64,000 nt of DNA, taken from positions 7,923 through 71,922 of the forward strand of contig JAIRMH010000099.1 of assembly GCA_031258835.1 (NCBI GenBank), read 5' to 3'. Of the stretch, positions 41,688-53,200 are shown piece by piece. The DNA is from Tannerella sp. Its GTDB lineage: Bacteria > Bacteroidota > Bacteroidia > Bacteroidales > Tannerellaceae. The notes under the pieces were generated by a model, which worked only from the letters and a program-made list of their open reading frames with translations, was not told the origin of the DNA and did no database searches. Numbering within the stretch: position 1 is the first letter of the stretch; every line of letters begins with the position of its first letter. The position numbers and the translations under genes are program-made.

Positions 41688-44600
41688 TTAGAATAAAATA
41701 TTTACACCTGCATTTATTGTTTTCATCTGAGGATAATAACGGAACATAGTATTATCATTTTCCGGATCCATATATTTCATATACCCTGTTGTATTTGAGA
41801 AGGTTAAAATATTGAATCCATTCAAATACAACCTGATATTATCTATACCCATATGCGTCAACCACGTTTTTGGCAAGGAATATCCTATTTCGACAGTTTT
41901 CAGTCGAAGATAAGCTGCGTTCTGCAACGTCCAGGTATTGTTCGTTCGATTTGCCTGATAACCTGTCGGTCGGAGAGCCGGCATATATCCCGGAATCCAG
42001 TTACTGTAGAGGTCTGACGGGTCTTCTCTATGCCAGCGATCCATCCACATGTCGATGCCATTTCCCAGTCCCTGTTGTATAAACGGATCTGCAAAATCGC
42101 CGTTAATGAACACTTCGTGACCGGCTGCACCCTGGAAAAACAGGGTCAAATCGAATCCCTTCCATGCTCCGGACAAATTCAATCCGTAATACATGCGAGG
42201 ATTTGAACCATGTCCTATCGGCTGATCATCATTTCCGTTGATAAGACCGTCATTATTCCAGTCTTCATACCTGAAATCGCCCGGCAGCAGAGATTTATTC
42301 CCGTTGCCGTCCTGAATCGGGGCGTTCAGAATTTCTTCGAACGACTGAAACTGCCCAACGACCTTTTTGCCCCAGCTGATAGATTTATATCGGTTATTCG
42401 TGTTATTTCGCCAATTGTCGTACATATTGATTGAGGCGGCACGCTCGACATATCCGTAGTATTGCCTTGTCGTTGAGAAATTGGCTTTTACGTCGTATGT
42501 GAAATCATTTATCCTGTTCCGGTGTCCCAGCACGATTTCAAAACCGGACGTTTTGTCCGAATTAAGATTTTCTTCAGGCAGTGATTGTCCGAATGTGGTA
42601 GGCAAAGTGAGCAGCCGTGTCGCCAACAATCCATCCCGTTGTCTGGTAAAATAATCAAATTCTGCCGATAACAGTCCGTGAAGGACTGAAATCTCGATGC
42701 CTATGTTCGAAGTGGTTGATTCGTACCACGTCAAGTTTGTATTGGGCATTCCTTTGTCTTTCGCACCGTTCGAGAGACCGTCCGAACCAAGTACATAGTT
42801 TCCGCTCGGATAATTATATCCGGTTAAATACTGGTATGCGGCAAAATCGCCTTCATCTCCCACTTTCCCGTAAGAACCCCTTATTTTCAGATTTTCGATA
42901 AAAGCCAATGCGTTCTTGAAAAATGATTCTTCGGAGATTCTCCAGCCCAAAGAAACTGCCGGGAAAAATCCCCACCTCTTTTTGGGAGCAAATTTATACG
43001 AACCGTCGTAGCGAAAACTTACTTCCGCCAAATACTTGCTGGCATATGCATAGTTCAGCCGTCCTACTAATCCCTCATGAGCCGATACGGATGCGTTGCC
43101 GTCATTATTCAAATTGACCTTGTCTCCGGCGCCTATTTGGTCGATGGCGCCTACTGAAAACTGACGATACGCTTTTACCCAGTCTGTCCTGTGGTTGTAC
43201 ATTTCCCACAACAGCAAAGCTCCTATGTCGTGGTTTGCAAACGTACGGCTGTAGTTGAGAGAATATTGCTGAGTCGGCTTAAAATAATTCTCCGAATTGG
43301 CAGTCAATTCGGATATTGTGTGACTTCCGGTAATATTGTATACATCAGCAGCCGCATCGTAGCTGTATTCATACCATTCCCTGTACCAGTCTTTAGTGTA
43401 AGTGTTTCTGTAGTCATAAGCTAACACTGCTTTTGCAATTAAACCCTGAACCCATGGTATTTCCCAGTTAAATATTATTGAGCCATTCCATTCCCGCCTG
43501 TCTCTCCGCGAGTACCCTACTTCGTCGACATCTGACATGTGTACGGGATTTCCTTTATCGCCGGCATTTTGCCAATAGGAAGAATTGTTGTTTGCATATA
43601 AAGGAAATACCGGTTTCGCCATCTGAATGCTGCGGGTAATCAAACCTCCTTCATATTCGTAAGGTTTGATTCGTGTATCCAAACGTCCGCTCAATTGCAA
43701 ATCGACGCTGAACCCCTTTACTATCTGCGCTGAAACATTGGAACGAACATTATAGCGCTGAAATGAATAATCTCCGGATTTATAAATACCCTCCTGATCG
43801 GTAAGCCCCAGAGAAAAGAAATATTTCACTTTTTCAGATCCGCCGGATACACTCATATTGTGATACATCTGCGGGATCGAATTACGAATTGTTTCCTTGT
43901 ACCAGTCAACTGTTCCCAATTTGAATCTTTCCAGTTCCTCTGCCGAATATGGGGCATTCACTCCTATATTCTGTTGAGCTTCGTTATACAGAAGAGCGTA
44001 TTCATATCCGTTCAAAAATTCCGGATACCGCGTGATGTTCTGAACTCCGGCATATCCCGTATAACTGATCTTGGGCTTTCCTATTTCACCTTTTTTTGTA
44101 TTAACAAGGATAACTCCGTTAGCTCCCTTGAATCCGTATACGGCTGCCGAAGCGTCTTTCAGTACGCTGATGGATTCGACATCATTCGCGTCAATCTGAC
44201 TGAAATCGCGCTCAACGCCATCCACAATAATTAGTGCACTCCCGAAACCGCGGATATCAATAGAGGCGGCATCGTCTCCCGGAGCTCCGCTTCGTTGCAC
44301 GGCGCGTAATCCGGGCAACTTCCCGGCAAGTGTATTGGTAATATTAGGTGTTTTCACAGTCACAATGTCTTTTGACTGAATAGATGCAACCGAGCCTGTT
44401 ACCGAAGCTCTTTTCTGCACTCCATATCCGACTACTACTACTTCATTAAGCGCCTGCACATCTTCTATTAGCTTGATCACAAGGTATTTACCCCTCTCTC
44501 CCACGAATGAAGATAATACGCCTGTTTCCTGCGTAATATATCCGATATAAGATACTTGCAGCACAGCATTCTCCTCTACTTCCAGCGAAAAGTTTCCGTC

Positions 44601-45137
44601 CACATCGGTCACGGTTCCGTTTGTCGTTCCTTTCTCCTTGATATTGGCGCCGATGACCGGCTCGTTGTTTTCATCGACGACCATTCCGGTGATGCGCCTT
44701 TCGACCGCTTGTGTCCTGACGGTTGATTTGTGGATCACGATGTTTTTCTCATTGATTTCATACGTCACATCCTGCCCCACGAGAATTTGGTTCAGTACTG
44801 CATCCAGAGATTGGTTCTGAGCATTGACGGAAACGGTTTTCCGCGTATTCACATCGTTCGATTCGTAAATGAACATGTATTTATACTCTTTCTTCAACGC
44901 CTCGAAAGCGCTTCTCACTGTTACATTGTTCAAATTCAGGGTTATGCCTTGCGCAAATGTTGTTAAATAAAAGCAAAACAGCATCCCCATCATAAAAATG
45001 ATTTTCTTTTTATGTTCCATGATAATAGAGATATAAAAATAATTATTAATAGTTGATAATTTTGCCCAAAAGAGATTATTTGATATTTTTCCATCGCTTC
45101 CGGACGCCTTCGGAATTTTGTCGGCAAGATACTTCAT
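41688..45137 (-). CDS. SusC/RagA TonB-dependent transducer with N-terminal STN domain
   Basis: STN plus CarboxypepD-like domain, EVVVVGYG, VLKDASAAVYG, GANGVIL, C-terminal F; start 45137 (adjacent to fecR stop) or 45020. Confidence 0.95.
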   Translation of the reverse strand: MKYLADKIPKASGSDGKISNNLFWAKLSTINNYFYISIIMEHKKKIIFMMGMLFCFYLTTFAQGITLNLNNVTVRSAFEALKKEYKYMFIYESNDVNTRKTVSVNAQNQSLDAVLNQILVGQDVTYEINEKNIVIHKSTVRTQAVERRITGMVVDENNEPVIGANIKEKGTTNGTVTDVDGNFSLEVEENAVLQVSYIGYITQETGVLSSFVGERGKYLVIKLIEDVQALNEVVVVGYGVQKRASVTGSVASIQSKDIVTVKTPNITNTLAGKLPGLRAVQRSGAPGDDAASIDIRGFGSALIIVDGVERDFSQIDANDVESISVLKDASAAVYGFKGANGVILVNTKKGEIGKPKISYTGYAGVQNITRYPEFLNGYEYALLYNEAQQNIGVNAPYSAEELERFKLGTVDWYKETIRNSIPQMYHNMSVSGGSEKVKYFFSLGLTDQEGIYKSGDYSFQRYNVRSNVSAQIVKGFSVDLQLSGRLDTRIKPYEYEGGLITRSIQMAKPVFPLYANNNSSYWQNAGDKGNPVHMSDVDEVGYSRRDRREWNGSIIFNWEIPWVQGLIAKAVLAYDYRNTYTKDWYREWYEYSYDAAADVYNITGSHTISELTANSENYFKPTQQYSLNYSRTFANHDIGALLLWEMYNHRTDWVKAYRQFSVGAIDQIGAGDKVNLNNDGNASVSAHEGLVGRLNYAYASKYLAEVSFRYDGSYKFAPKKRWGFFPAVSLGWRISEESFFKNALAFIENLKIRGSYGKVGDEGDFAAYQYLTGYNYPSGNYVLGSDGLSNGAKDKGMPNTNLTWYESTTSNIGIEISVLHGLLSAEFDYFTRQRDGLLATRLLTLPTTFGQSLPEENLNSDKTSGFEIVLGHRNRINDFTYDVKANFSTTRQYYGYVERAASINMYDNWRNNTNNRYKSISWGKKVVGQFQSFEEILNAPIQDGNGNKSLLPGDFRYEDWNNDGLINGNDDQPIGHGSNPRMYYGLNLSGAWKGFDLTLFFQGAAGHEVFINGDFADPFIQQGLGNGIDMWMDRWHREDPSDLYSNWIPGYMPALRPTGYQANRTNNTWTLQNAAYLRLKTVEIGYSLPKTWLTHMGIDNIRLYLNGFNILTFSNTTGYMKYMDPENDNTMFRYYPQMKTINAGVNILF

Positions 45138-45138
45138 C

Positions 45139-46167
45139 TTATTTTTCCTCTCGCAATATGACATTTTTTCCTTCTATCGTGTAAGTCAGTTTCCTGGTAG
45201 ACTTAAGCAGTCGGAGAATGTCTTCAATATTTTGTTCCTGCTGCGAGAAATCGCTGTAAAAACGGGCGGTCTCCAGCGATTTGTCGGCGATACTTATTTT
45301 TACGTCGTAGCTCCGTTCCAGTGCTTTGACAATATCGGGCAGCAGCTCGTTGTCGAAACACAGGTATCCGTTTGTCCACTCGGACGAAGAGGACGTCTTG
45401 TGGCTTAAGGTGCGCATTTGTCCTGTTTTCTTGTTCAGGAAAACTTTTTCGTCGGGCGCCATATTCTTTTCTTCGTTCACATTCATCAGATTTCTCACAT
45501 GCACTTTTCCTTCAATCAGGCTCACGATGGCCTCTTCGTTATCAGGATAGTTGCTGAAATTGAATTTTGTCCCCAGCACGCAGACATGCAATTCGTCCGT
45601 TTTCACCCGAAAGGGAAGTTTGACGTTCCCAGTCACTTCAAAATACCCTTCTCCCGTCAGGCTGACATTCCGGTCACTGACGCCGAAGCCTTGCGAATAG
45701 GTGATTTTAGAACTTGCATTCAGCCAGACGAGCGTACCGTCGGGGAGAAACATTTTCGTTTTTGCTCCCTTTGGTGCCTCAATGATAATGTCGGCAAAGC
45801 GATTTTTCACCTGCTCGCCGCCATGCCGGTACGACGCGTACGAAACGACTATCAGCAGGGCGACAGCCGCTGCGGTATAACTCAGGTAACGTAAGACGAC
45901 ATGCTTTCCCGTCTTTGCCTTTCTGCCGGCACTCGTGTGACGGTTCATGTAAGCGGAAAATCGCTCACAGGCAAGGTTTTTATCAAAACGTTCGGCATGG
46001 TCGAGGACGCCGCTTGCCAGCCATATTTCGCGTATTGCCCGAAGATGCGCGCTGTTCTCGGGAGAAGCGTCGAGCCACTCTTTCAGTTCCGCCATTTCAT
46101 CCGGCGTCGAATTGCCGGACAGACAGGACAGAATCAGTTCGTCTATATGTGATATATTATGTTCCAT
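45139..46167 (-). CDS. FecR-family anti-sigma factor
   Basis: LPDGTLVWLNASS, GEGYFEV, VLGTKFN, single TM. Confidence 0.93.
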   Translation of the reverse strand: MEHNISHIDELILSCLSGNSTPDEMAELKEWLDASPENSAHLRAIREIWLASGVLDHAERFDKNLACERFSAYMNRHTSAGRKAKTGKHVVLRYLSYTAAAVALLIVVSYASYRHGGEQVKNRFADIIIEAPKGAKTKMFLPDGTLVWLNASSKITYSQGFGVSDRNVSLTGEGYFEVTGNVKLPFRVKTDELHVCVLGTKFNFSNYPDNEEAIVSLIEGKVHVRNLMNVNEEKNMAPDEKVFLNKKTGQMRTLSHKTSSSSEWTNGYLCFDNELLPDIVKALERSYDVKISIADKSLETARFYSDFSQQEQNIEDILRLLKSTRKLTYTIEGKNVILREEK

Positions 46168-46253
46168 ATATTAAGAGGACAGCCCGGAAGAAGGAAGGGA
46201 TAGTATAAAAGTGAGATTTAACACTTAAGGAGGCGAAATTTAACATTTTACTT

Positions 46254-46820
46254 TTACTGCAAAAACTCCCGCAATTCGTCTTTCAGCCGCATGAGTGCGT
46301 TTTTGATATGGTATTTGACAGTACTGACGGAAATACCCGATTCTTCGGCAATCTGGTCGTGCCGTTTGTTTTCGAAGCGGCTCATCTTGAATATCCTGCG
46401 GGAATCTGCGGGCAGATTTTCAATGGCCTGTCTGATTTTCTCTTCCAGTTCGTTTTCGAGCAGTACGGCTAACGGATAGTCTCCGGATTCGGACGTTTGA
46501 ATTGTTTCATACTCGTCTGCGTTCATCGCTGAAAACGTAAATTCGCGCCGTTCGCGTTCGCGTTGAAGCGCGTTGATACAACGATTTCGGATAGCGCGTA
46601 TCAGGTAACTCCGCAGAGACGTGACGATTTCGAGCGTTTCCCGCCTTTCCCAGAGATGAAAAATAAGTTCGTTCACAATGTCTTCGATCGGGAAGCGGTC
46701 GTCCAGATATTCGTATGCAACAGCGCACAACAAGGTATAATACCTGTCATACAGATACTTGTAAGCTCTGCTGTCTCCTTCTTTAAGCAGGCGGATGATT
46801 TGCTGCTCTTCCTGTTTCAT
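46254..46820 (-). CDS. ECF sigma-70 factor (Bacteroides expansion family)
   Basis: HLWERRE, SLRSYL...RNRCIN, IFKMSRFE, ISVSTVKYHI. Confidence 0.93.
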   Translation of the reverse strand: MKQEEQQIIRLLKEGDSRAYKYLYDRYYTLLCAVAYEYLDDRFPIEDIVNELIFHLWERRETLEIVTSLRSYLIRAIRNRCINALQRERERREFTFSAMNADEYETIQTSESGDYPLAVLLENELEEKIRQAIENLPADSRRIFKMSRFENKRHDQIAEESGISVSTVKYHIKNALMRLKDELREFLQ

Positions 46821-46922
46821 TCCATACGAATACGGGACAAAAGTATATTTTTTCCGGTAAATAAACAAAAGAAACACCGATTACAGTGAGCAGTGAGGCC
46901 GTTGATCAGTAGTGATATTGTT

Positions 46923-48611
46923 TCAATCCGGCGCCGGAAATACCATTGTTCGTTTTGCCCATTCCTCGTATTGGGAAATCATACGGGCCAGCCTTTCCGG
47001 ATTTTCCGCTGCAACGTTATGCATTTCCGTACGGTCTTCGTTCAAATTGTAGAGTTCCCATCCGGCTTTTTTTCCCGGTTGTATGATTTTCCAGCCGTCG
47101 TTACTCATCAGCGCTTTTTCATTGAAATGTTCAAAACCGATAAACGGATGTCTTTCCCGTTCGCCTGTTTTTAATATGGGAAAGATGCTTTTCCCTTCGT
47201 AAGGAATAATGGCGTTTCCATTATATTCTTCCGGGTATTCGGCGTGCGTAATATCAAGGATTGTCGCCATAATATCAATGATATGGCAGGGTTCATCCGT
47301 TATTACGGAATTTTTTTTCAGGTCTGTTCCGGCAGGCCAGTGAGCGATCACCGGCGTACAAATACCGCCTTCATACATTTTCGCTTTCCAGAAACGGAAC
47401 GGCATATTGGCAACGTTAGCCCATTCCGGGCCTAAAGAGGCATAAGTTGTCTCCGGTCCGGGCAACGCCTCCTTATTTTTCGGGTAAATCATCGGCGTAC
47501 CGTCGCGTAACATATCCGGACGGTCATTTTCTCCGGGCGAATAATTCTGACAAACCTCAGGGCTACATCCGTTATCAGACAGGAATAATATCAGCGTATT
47601 ATCCATTTCGCCGGCGTCTTCCAAAGCTTTCAGCGCCTTACCTATACCCTGATCCATACGGTCGACCATGGCTGCATGTACGGCCATTGCACGGGCGTCC
47701 CATTCCTTATGCGGATTAGATTCCCATTCTTTCTTTGACTGCCTGTTCGTCAGATAATCGGTATAGTCATCAAATATTCCCAGTTCTTCCATACGCTCGT
47801 ACCGGGCATTACGGATGGCTTCCCAGCCTGCTTTATAGACGTCTTCATATTTTTTGACGTCTTCCTCCAAAGCATGCAATGGCCAGTGAGGGGCGTGGTA
47901 AGATAAATATATGAAAAAAGGCTTATCCGAAGCCGCATATTTTTTTATATATGCTACTGCACTATCGGACAAAGCATTGGTGCTATAATAATCTTCCGGC
48001 ACCTCACGAACCGGCTCTTCGCCATTCACAAGGCTAAAAGGGTCAAAATAATCGACAACTCCGTATATTGTGCCGTAAAAATCTTCGAATCCGCGATATG
48101 TCGGATAATTTTCTTTCGGCGCAAATTCTTCATGATATACCTGATGGGCAAGCCACTCCCGTTGATCCGGACGAAGCGGCGTTTCCGCGACATGCCATTT
48201 ACCTATCATTCCGGTATGATAGCCTGATTCTTTTAACACTTCGGCAATAGTAACGCCGTTATGCGTCATGGTTCCCCTGTATCCGGGCAGATGCTGGTCG
48301 AACGTCATACGTCCCACGCCGGCCTGATGAGGGTAGAGGCCTGTTAACAGCGAAGCGCGCGTAGGGCAACTGCGTCCGGCATTGTAAAAACGGGTGAAAC
48401 GCACGCCGTTTTGAGCCAGCCGATCCAGATTGGGGGTTTGTATTTCGCCTCCGTAACAACCCATATCGGAGTAGCCCATATCATCGGCAAGTATAACAAG
48501 AATATTTGTTTTAGCAGTCTTGCCGTTTTTCTCTTTTTCAGCGCCGTTGCATACGCTCGCCGACAGGGCGAGCGCAGCAAACGGCAATGTTTTTGACATT
48601 ATTGTATTCAT
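46923..48611 (-). CDS. Secreted S1-family (formylglycine) sulfatase, Cys-type
   Basis: ILADDMG, SCPTRASLLTG, GKWH, APHWPLH, SDNG. Confidence 0.93.
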   Translation of the reverse strand: MNTIMSKTLPFAALALSASVCNGAEKEKNGKTAKTNILVILADDMGYSDMGCYGGEIQTPNLDRLAQNGVRFTRFYNAGRSCPTRASLLTGLYPHQAGVGRMTFDQHLPGYRGTMTHNGVTIAEVLKESGYHTGMIGKWHVAETPLRPDQREWLAHQVYHEEFAPKENYPTYRGFEDFYGTIYGVVDYFDPFSLVNGEEPVREVPEDYYSTNALSDSAVAYIKKYAASDKPFFIYLSYHAPHWPLHALEEDVKKYEDVYKAGWEAIRNARYERMEELGIFDDYTDYLTNRQSKKEWESNPHKEWDARAMAVHAAMVDRMDQGIGKALKALEDAGEMDNTLILFLSDNGCSPEVCQNYSPGENDRPDMLRDGTPMIYPKNKEALPGPETTYASLGPEWANVANMPFRFWKAKMYEGGICTPVIAHWPAGTDLKKNSVITDEPCHIIDIMATILDITHAEYPEEYNGNAIIPYEGKSIFPILKTGERERHPFIGFEHFNEKALMSNDGWKIIQPGKKAGWELYNLNEDRTEMHNVAAENPERLARMISQYEEWAKRTMVFPAPD

Positions 48612-48613
48612 AA

Positions 48614-50227
48614 TCAATTCCATCCGTCATTTTGAGTTAAGTTCGTATTTAATTGTCTTTCATTATAAGGGATCGGCCAAAGATAATCCTTTTTGGTGAA
48701 TTTTTTATTATAATCGGTCGTTATTGTGACAAGTTCGCCGGAATCTTTATTCACATACCTCATTCCTGTGATATAGTCCATATTGCAGACATCTTCCGCT
48801 ATCTTCCAGCGCCGGATATCAAAGAAGCGGTTTCCTTCCAGTCCGAGTTCAACCATCCGTTCATGGCGTACAGCCTGCCGCAGCTCCCCTTGCGACGTAA
48901 TACCCGACAACGCCGGCATATTCACATCGGGACGCTGACGCACCTCGTTTATATACTTTAGCGCCACATCTGCTTCCATATTAAGTTCAATCCGGGCTTC
49001 TGCCGCAACGAGCAGAATCTCCGCATAACGGATTAAAATAAGATTTATACCGCAGTTTGTACGATTACTTTGCCCTATGTCTTCCGCATTAATATATTTT
49101 TTAGGGAGCAGACCGGTCTTGGATACCTGATAACTTGCACCAATCACATCGGCGGAACTGCTCCATCCCGGACGTGAATCATAAACCGTGCCATTAGGCA
49201 AAATGCCGCCAGGCACATATAGCGTATAGCCAAGTCGCGGATCACGGTTTTCATAAGGATTCTTCGGGTCGTAGGATAAGTCTTCCGTAATTTTCTTCCC
49301 ATCGGAGGTCTCGTATTCATCTACCAGCACAATCGTCGGCGACATCATCGAACCGTTATTACCGAGTGATACTGCACCGAAATTATTCATCACCGAATTA
49401 GACTGCAGATCTTTGATAAACTGTTTATCGAAGATAACTTCCTGACTGTTTTCGTTTTCGTACGTAAACAAATCATTATATGCGGGTAAAAGGGAATAAA
49501 CGTTCGAAGCTATTACCGCATCGGCGGCGATCCTGGCACGTTCATAATAGACGGAGGAACGGTTATCGACGCCCGTCACATTTCCTGCGGCGAACAGCAT
49601 CGTACGCGCCAGAATACTCAATGCGGCGCCTTTCGTCACACGCCCTTTTTCGTTTGTTTTCTCCGGCAGATATGCCACAGATTCGGAAATCTCCTTATAA
49701 ATAAAATCATAAATTTCAGCCGCAGGAGTCCGGGTCAGGGTTTTCGATTCGCTGATGCCAACAGGCGTTGTAACCAGAGGCACATCGCCAAAATAAGAAA
49801 CTAAGCGGGAATAAAAATAACAACGAAGCGTACGCACTTCGGCGGTAACGCGATTGACGAACGCTTCGTCTGCCGGCGTTATCTTGCCGACATTTGCCAT
49901 GTAATCGTTACAACGGCGAACACCTTTGTACAAATCATTCCATGTGTTTTGAAAAATATTCGTCTGCGGGTCGGCAATGCTGGCTTCAACTTTTGTTTCG
50001 TCCGAAGTCTCGAACGTAGCGCGCGCAATATCCGACATCGCGTCGCGTCCGAGTATAGTTACCGGACTTTCCAGGAACTGATAGATAGCGTTCGCCGCAT
50101 ATTCCGCATCTTTGTCGGTCTGCCAGTACACTTCAGACGACAAGCGGTCGGTAGGGATCGTATCCAGAATATCGGTACATCCAAACATGACACATAACAA
50201 AAACAGATATATAGATTTTTTTTTCAT
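48614..50227 (-). CDS. SusD/RagB family lipoprotein
   Basis: Lipobox MFGC, FGDVPL, RYAEILL, ERMVELGLEGNRFFDIRRW, QNDGW. Confidence 0.95.
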   Translation of the reverse strand: MKKKSIYLFLLCVMFGCTDILDTIPTDRLSSEVYWQTDKDAEYAANAIYQFLESPVTILGRDAMSDIARATFETSDETKVEASIADPQTNIFQNTWNDLYKGVRRCNDYMANVGKITPADEAFVNRVTAEVRTLRCYFYSRLVSYFGDVPLVTTPVGISESKTLTRTPAAEIYDFIYKEISESVAYLPEKTNEKGRVTKGAALSILARTMLFAAGNVTGVDNRSSVYYERARIAADAVIASNVYSLLPAYNDLFTYENENSQEVIFDKQFIKDLQSNSVMNNFGAVSLGNNGSMMSPTIVLVDEYETSDGKKITEDLSYDPKNPYENRDPRLGYTLYVPGGILPNGTVYDSRPGWSSSADVIGASYQVSKTGLLPKKYINAEDIGQSNRTNCGINLILIRYAEILLVAAEARIELNMEADVALKYINEVRQRPDVNMPALSGITSQGELRQAVRHERMVELGLEGNRFFDIRRWKIAEDVCNMDYITGMRYVNKDSGELVTITTDYNKKFTKKDYLWPIPYNERQLNTNLTQNDGWN

Positions 50228-50266
50228 ACGATTTATTTTTACATTAATATATTCATAACGATAAAA

Positions 50267-53200
50267 TCAGAATGTCAGATTAAGGCCAATAGTATAAACA
50301 GCTGTCTGCGGATAATACAAAAACCGTCCTGCGACAAATTCCGGGTCAAGTCCCCATTCCTTAAGCGGCGACAACGTCAACACATTACTGCCTGCCAGAT
50401 AAATACGGGCTTTTTCAATATACACCTTCCGGCTCAACGCATGCGGCAATGTATAGCCTAACTGTATGTTTTTCAAACGGATATAATTGGCGTCAACCAC
50501 CCAGAAATCCGACATCATCGCATTATAATCCACGCTTTTACGTGGACGGGGGAAGCGCGCGTCCGTATTTTCAGACGTCCAATAATCTTCGAATATGTTA
50601 AGCGTAAAACCTTCGAAATTACCGCCTTCGGCAAGCGCTCCCGATACGCGCGTCTGCGCATCCATAACGCCCTGAAACATCAAAGAGAGATCAAATCCCT
50701 TCCATGCCGCATTAGCGCTTATTGCGAACGGGTATCGCGGAAACTCGTCGCCAATCACCGTCATATCTTCCGCGTCAATCTTATTGTCCTGAGTACGGTC
50801 GATATATTTCACATCGCCGGCAGTCATACGGCTGTCGTATACCGGATAGTTATTGTCTATATCGGCCTGGGTAAGTAATCCGTCGGTCTGATATCCCCAA
50901 TATGTATTAATCGGATATCCTTCCCTGACGGTGGTTATTACATCGGCCGCACCGCCGCTTACCGTAGGATTTGCACCTCCGAGACTAATCACTTCGTTCC
51001 GGTTATTCGAGATATTGAAATGCAGGCCATAGGAGAAATCGCCGATATTATCCCTCCAATCCAGGGCCAACTCAAATCCTTTATTGTCAACAATTGCCGC
51101 ATTCTGTACCGGAGCATCCAGACCGATTGTCCCTGATATCGGCAAGCTGACAAGGATTCCATCCGTACGTTTGTAGTAATAATCCGCTGCCAGCGTCAGA
51201 CGGTTCTTAAGGAAACCGGCATCTATTCCAATATCGGTTTGCACGCTCGTTTCCCACATCAAATCCTTATTCGCCAGTGCAGTTTGCATATAACCCGTAA
51301 CGACTTCGCCGTTAAAATTATAAATAGTAGAAGTATACGATTCGTAGAAAGCATAAAGGCCGGCAGTCTGATTCCCGGTTTTTCCCCACGAGCCTCTCAG
51401 CTTAAGGTCGGATATTACGTCGCGAAGCCCATCGTTCCAGAATGCTTCGTTCGACGCACGCCAGCCGGCCGAAAACGACGGGAACATTCCGTACTGATTA
51501 TCTCCCGTAAAGCGGGATGTACCGTCGTAACGCAAGTTCGCTTCTATCAAGTAACGATCGTCATAATTGTAATTCAATCGTCCGAAATACGAACGCAAAG
51601 CATATTCATTATTATATCCCCATGCTTTCCACGTACTTTCCGACCCCATATTGATAGAAGGCACATCATTGTTGTAAAAATCCTGTCTGTAAGCCTGATT
51701 GTGAGACCATTTATTTTCTATCTGAGAAAATCCCAGCAACGCGTGCACATTATGCCGTCCGAATTGTTTTTCATAGTCAAGCAAAAGATTGAGTGTATAT
51801 TCACTCAGATCTTGCCGGTAATCGTCCATGCTGTTACGTGTTATCGCCCTTCGGCGCACACGGGTGGGACTGGGATTGTAAGCCTCTTCCCTTGCCGTAG
51901 CGCCCCAGTCTAAGAAGTTTTTGTCTTCCACCGTATAGGCATTCGTAAAGTTAACCGTTTTATTATAAGCGTAACGTTGGGCATATTGCGTAATAAACTT
52001 CAAGCCGTCGTAAAGATTTATTTCGGCTTTCAGGTTTGCTATGAAAAGGTTATTCCACTGTTGATTATCGCCGGCCATTTCAGCAAGGAGCAGCGGATTC
52101 GCGTTCTTATTTCCAAGTCCGTAGCTGCCGTCGGAATAGCGGGGCACGACAAATTGCGTAGCATGATACATCGAATAAAAGATACCTCCCCCATTCACGT
52201 CGTATGCATATGCATCTACCGGTTCGCTCGAATAACGCGTTCGGAAGTTGGCATCTGCCGATAATTTAATAAACCGGAAGGGTTTGAAATCGGTATTGAC
52301 ACGCATCTCCTTAATATCCGAATTAAAGTTTGGAATAACACCGTCCTGTTTATAATAGCGCAAAGCCATTAAGCCTCTCGCCTTCTCATTGCCGCCGCTG
52401 ACGCTAAGGTTATAATTATGCTGAAGCGCATTACGGTACACTACATCTTGCCATTGATTGGCTTTTCTGTAAGTGACAGGATCTTTTTCATGATTATCCG
52501 CCCATTCCTGAATAAAAGTTTCGGAGTAACGCGGATTTTGCCCGGCATTCGTAAAAGCATAATTCTGCTGGCGCATATAAGCCACACTTTCCATATGTTC
52601 GGGTCTGTCGGTAACGTTTTGGACGCCCCAGTAAGTGTTCAAGTCAATTTTCACTCCACCTTCCTTACCGCGTTTGGTCGTTATGAGTACGACGCCATTC
52701 GCGGCGCGCGAGCCATAAATGGCTGTCGTTGAAGCATCTTTCAGAATGGAGATGCTTTCAATATCATCCGGATTAATATCCGATATACGTTGTTCTATAC
52801 CGTCGACAAGCAGCAAGGCGTCGCTGTTGTTAAGGGTCGTGATCCCGCGAATACGAAGCGTCGTATTGGCGCGTCCCGGAGCGCCGCCTTTGTCAAGGAT
52901 CGTCAGTCCCGGCGACACCCCTTGCATAGCCGCCACCGTACTGTTTGCCATACGGTTTATACTCTCATTCTTAATGCTTCCGACAGCTCCCGTAATACTC
53001 ACTTTCTTCTGCTGCCCATAACCGACGACAACCACCTCGTCAAGCGTCTGCGTATCTTCTTTCATAGTGATTGTCAATGTTGTCTGATTAGTAATGACAA
53101 TCGTCTGCGTCAGATATCCGATATACGAGATCATAATGGCTGCATTTTCTGCAACATCAATGCCAAATACGCCATTAATGTCAGATATCACTCCGTTTGT

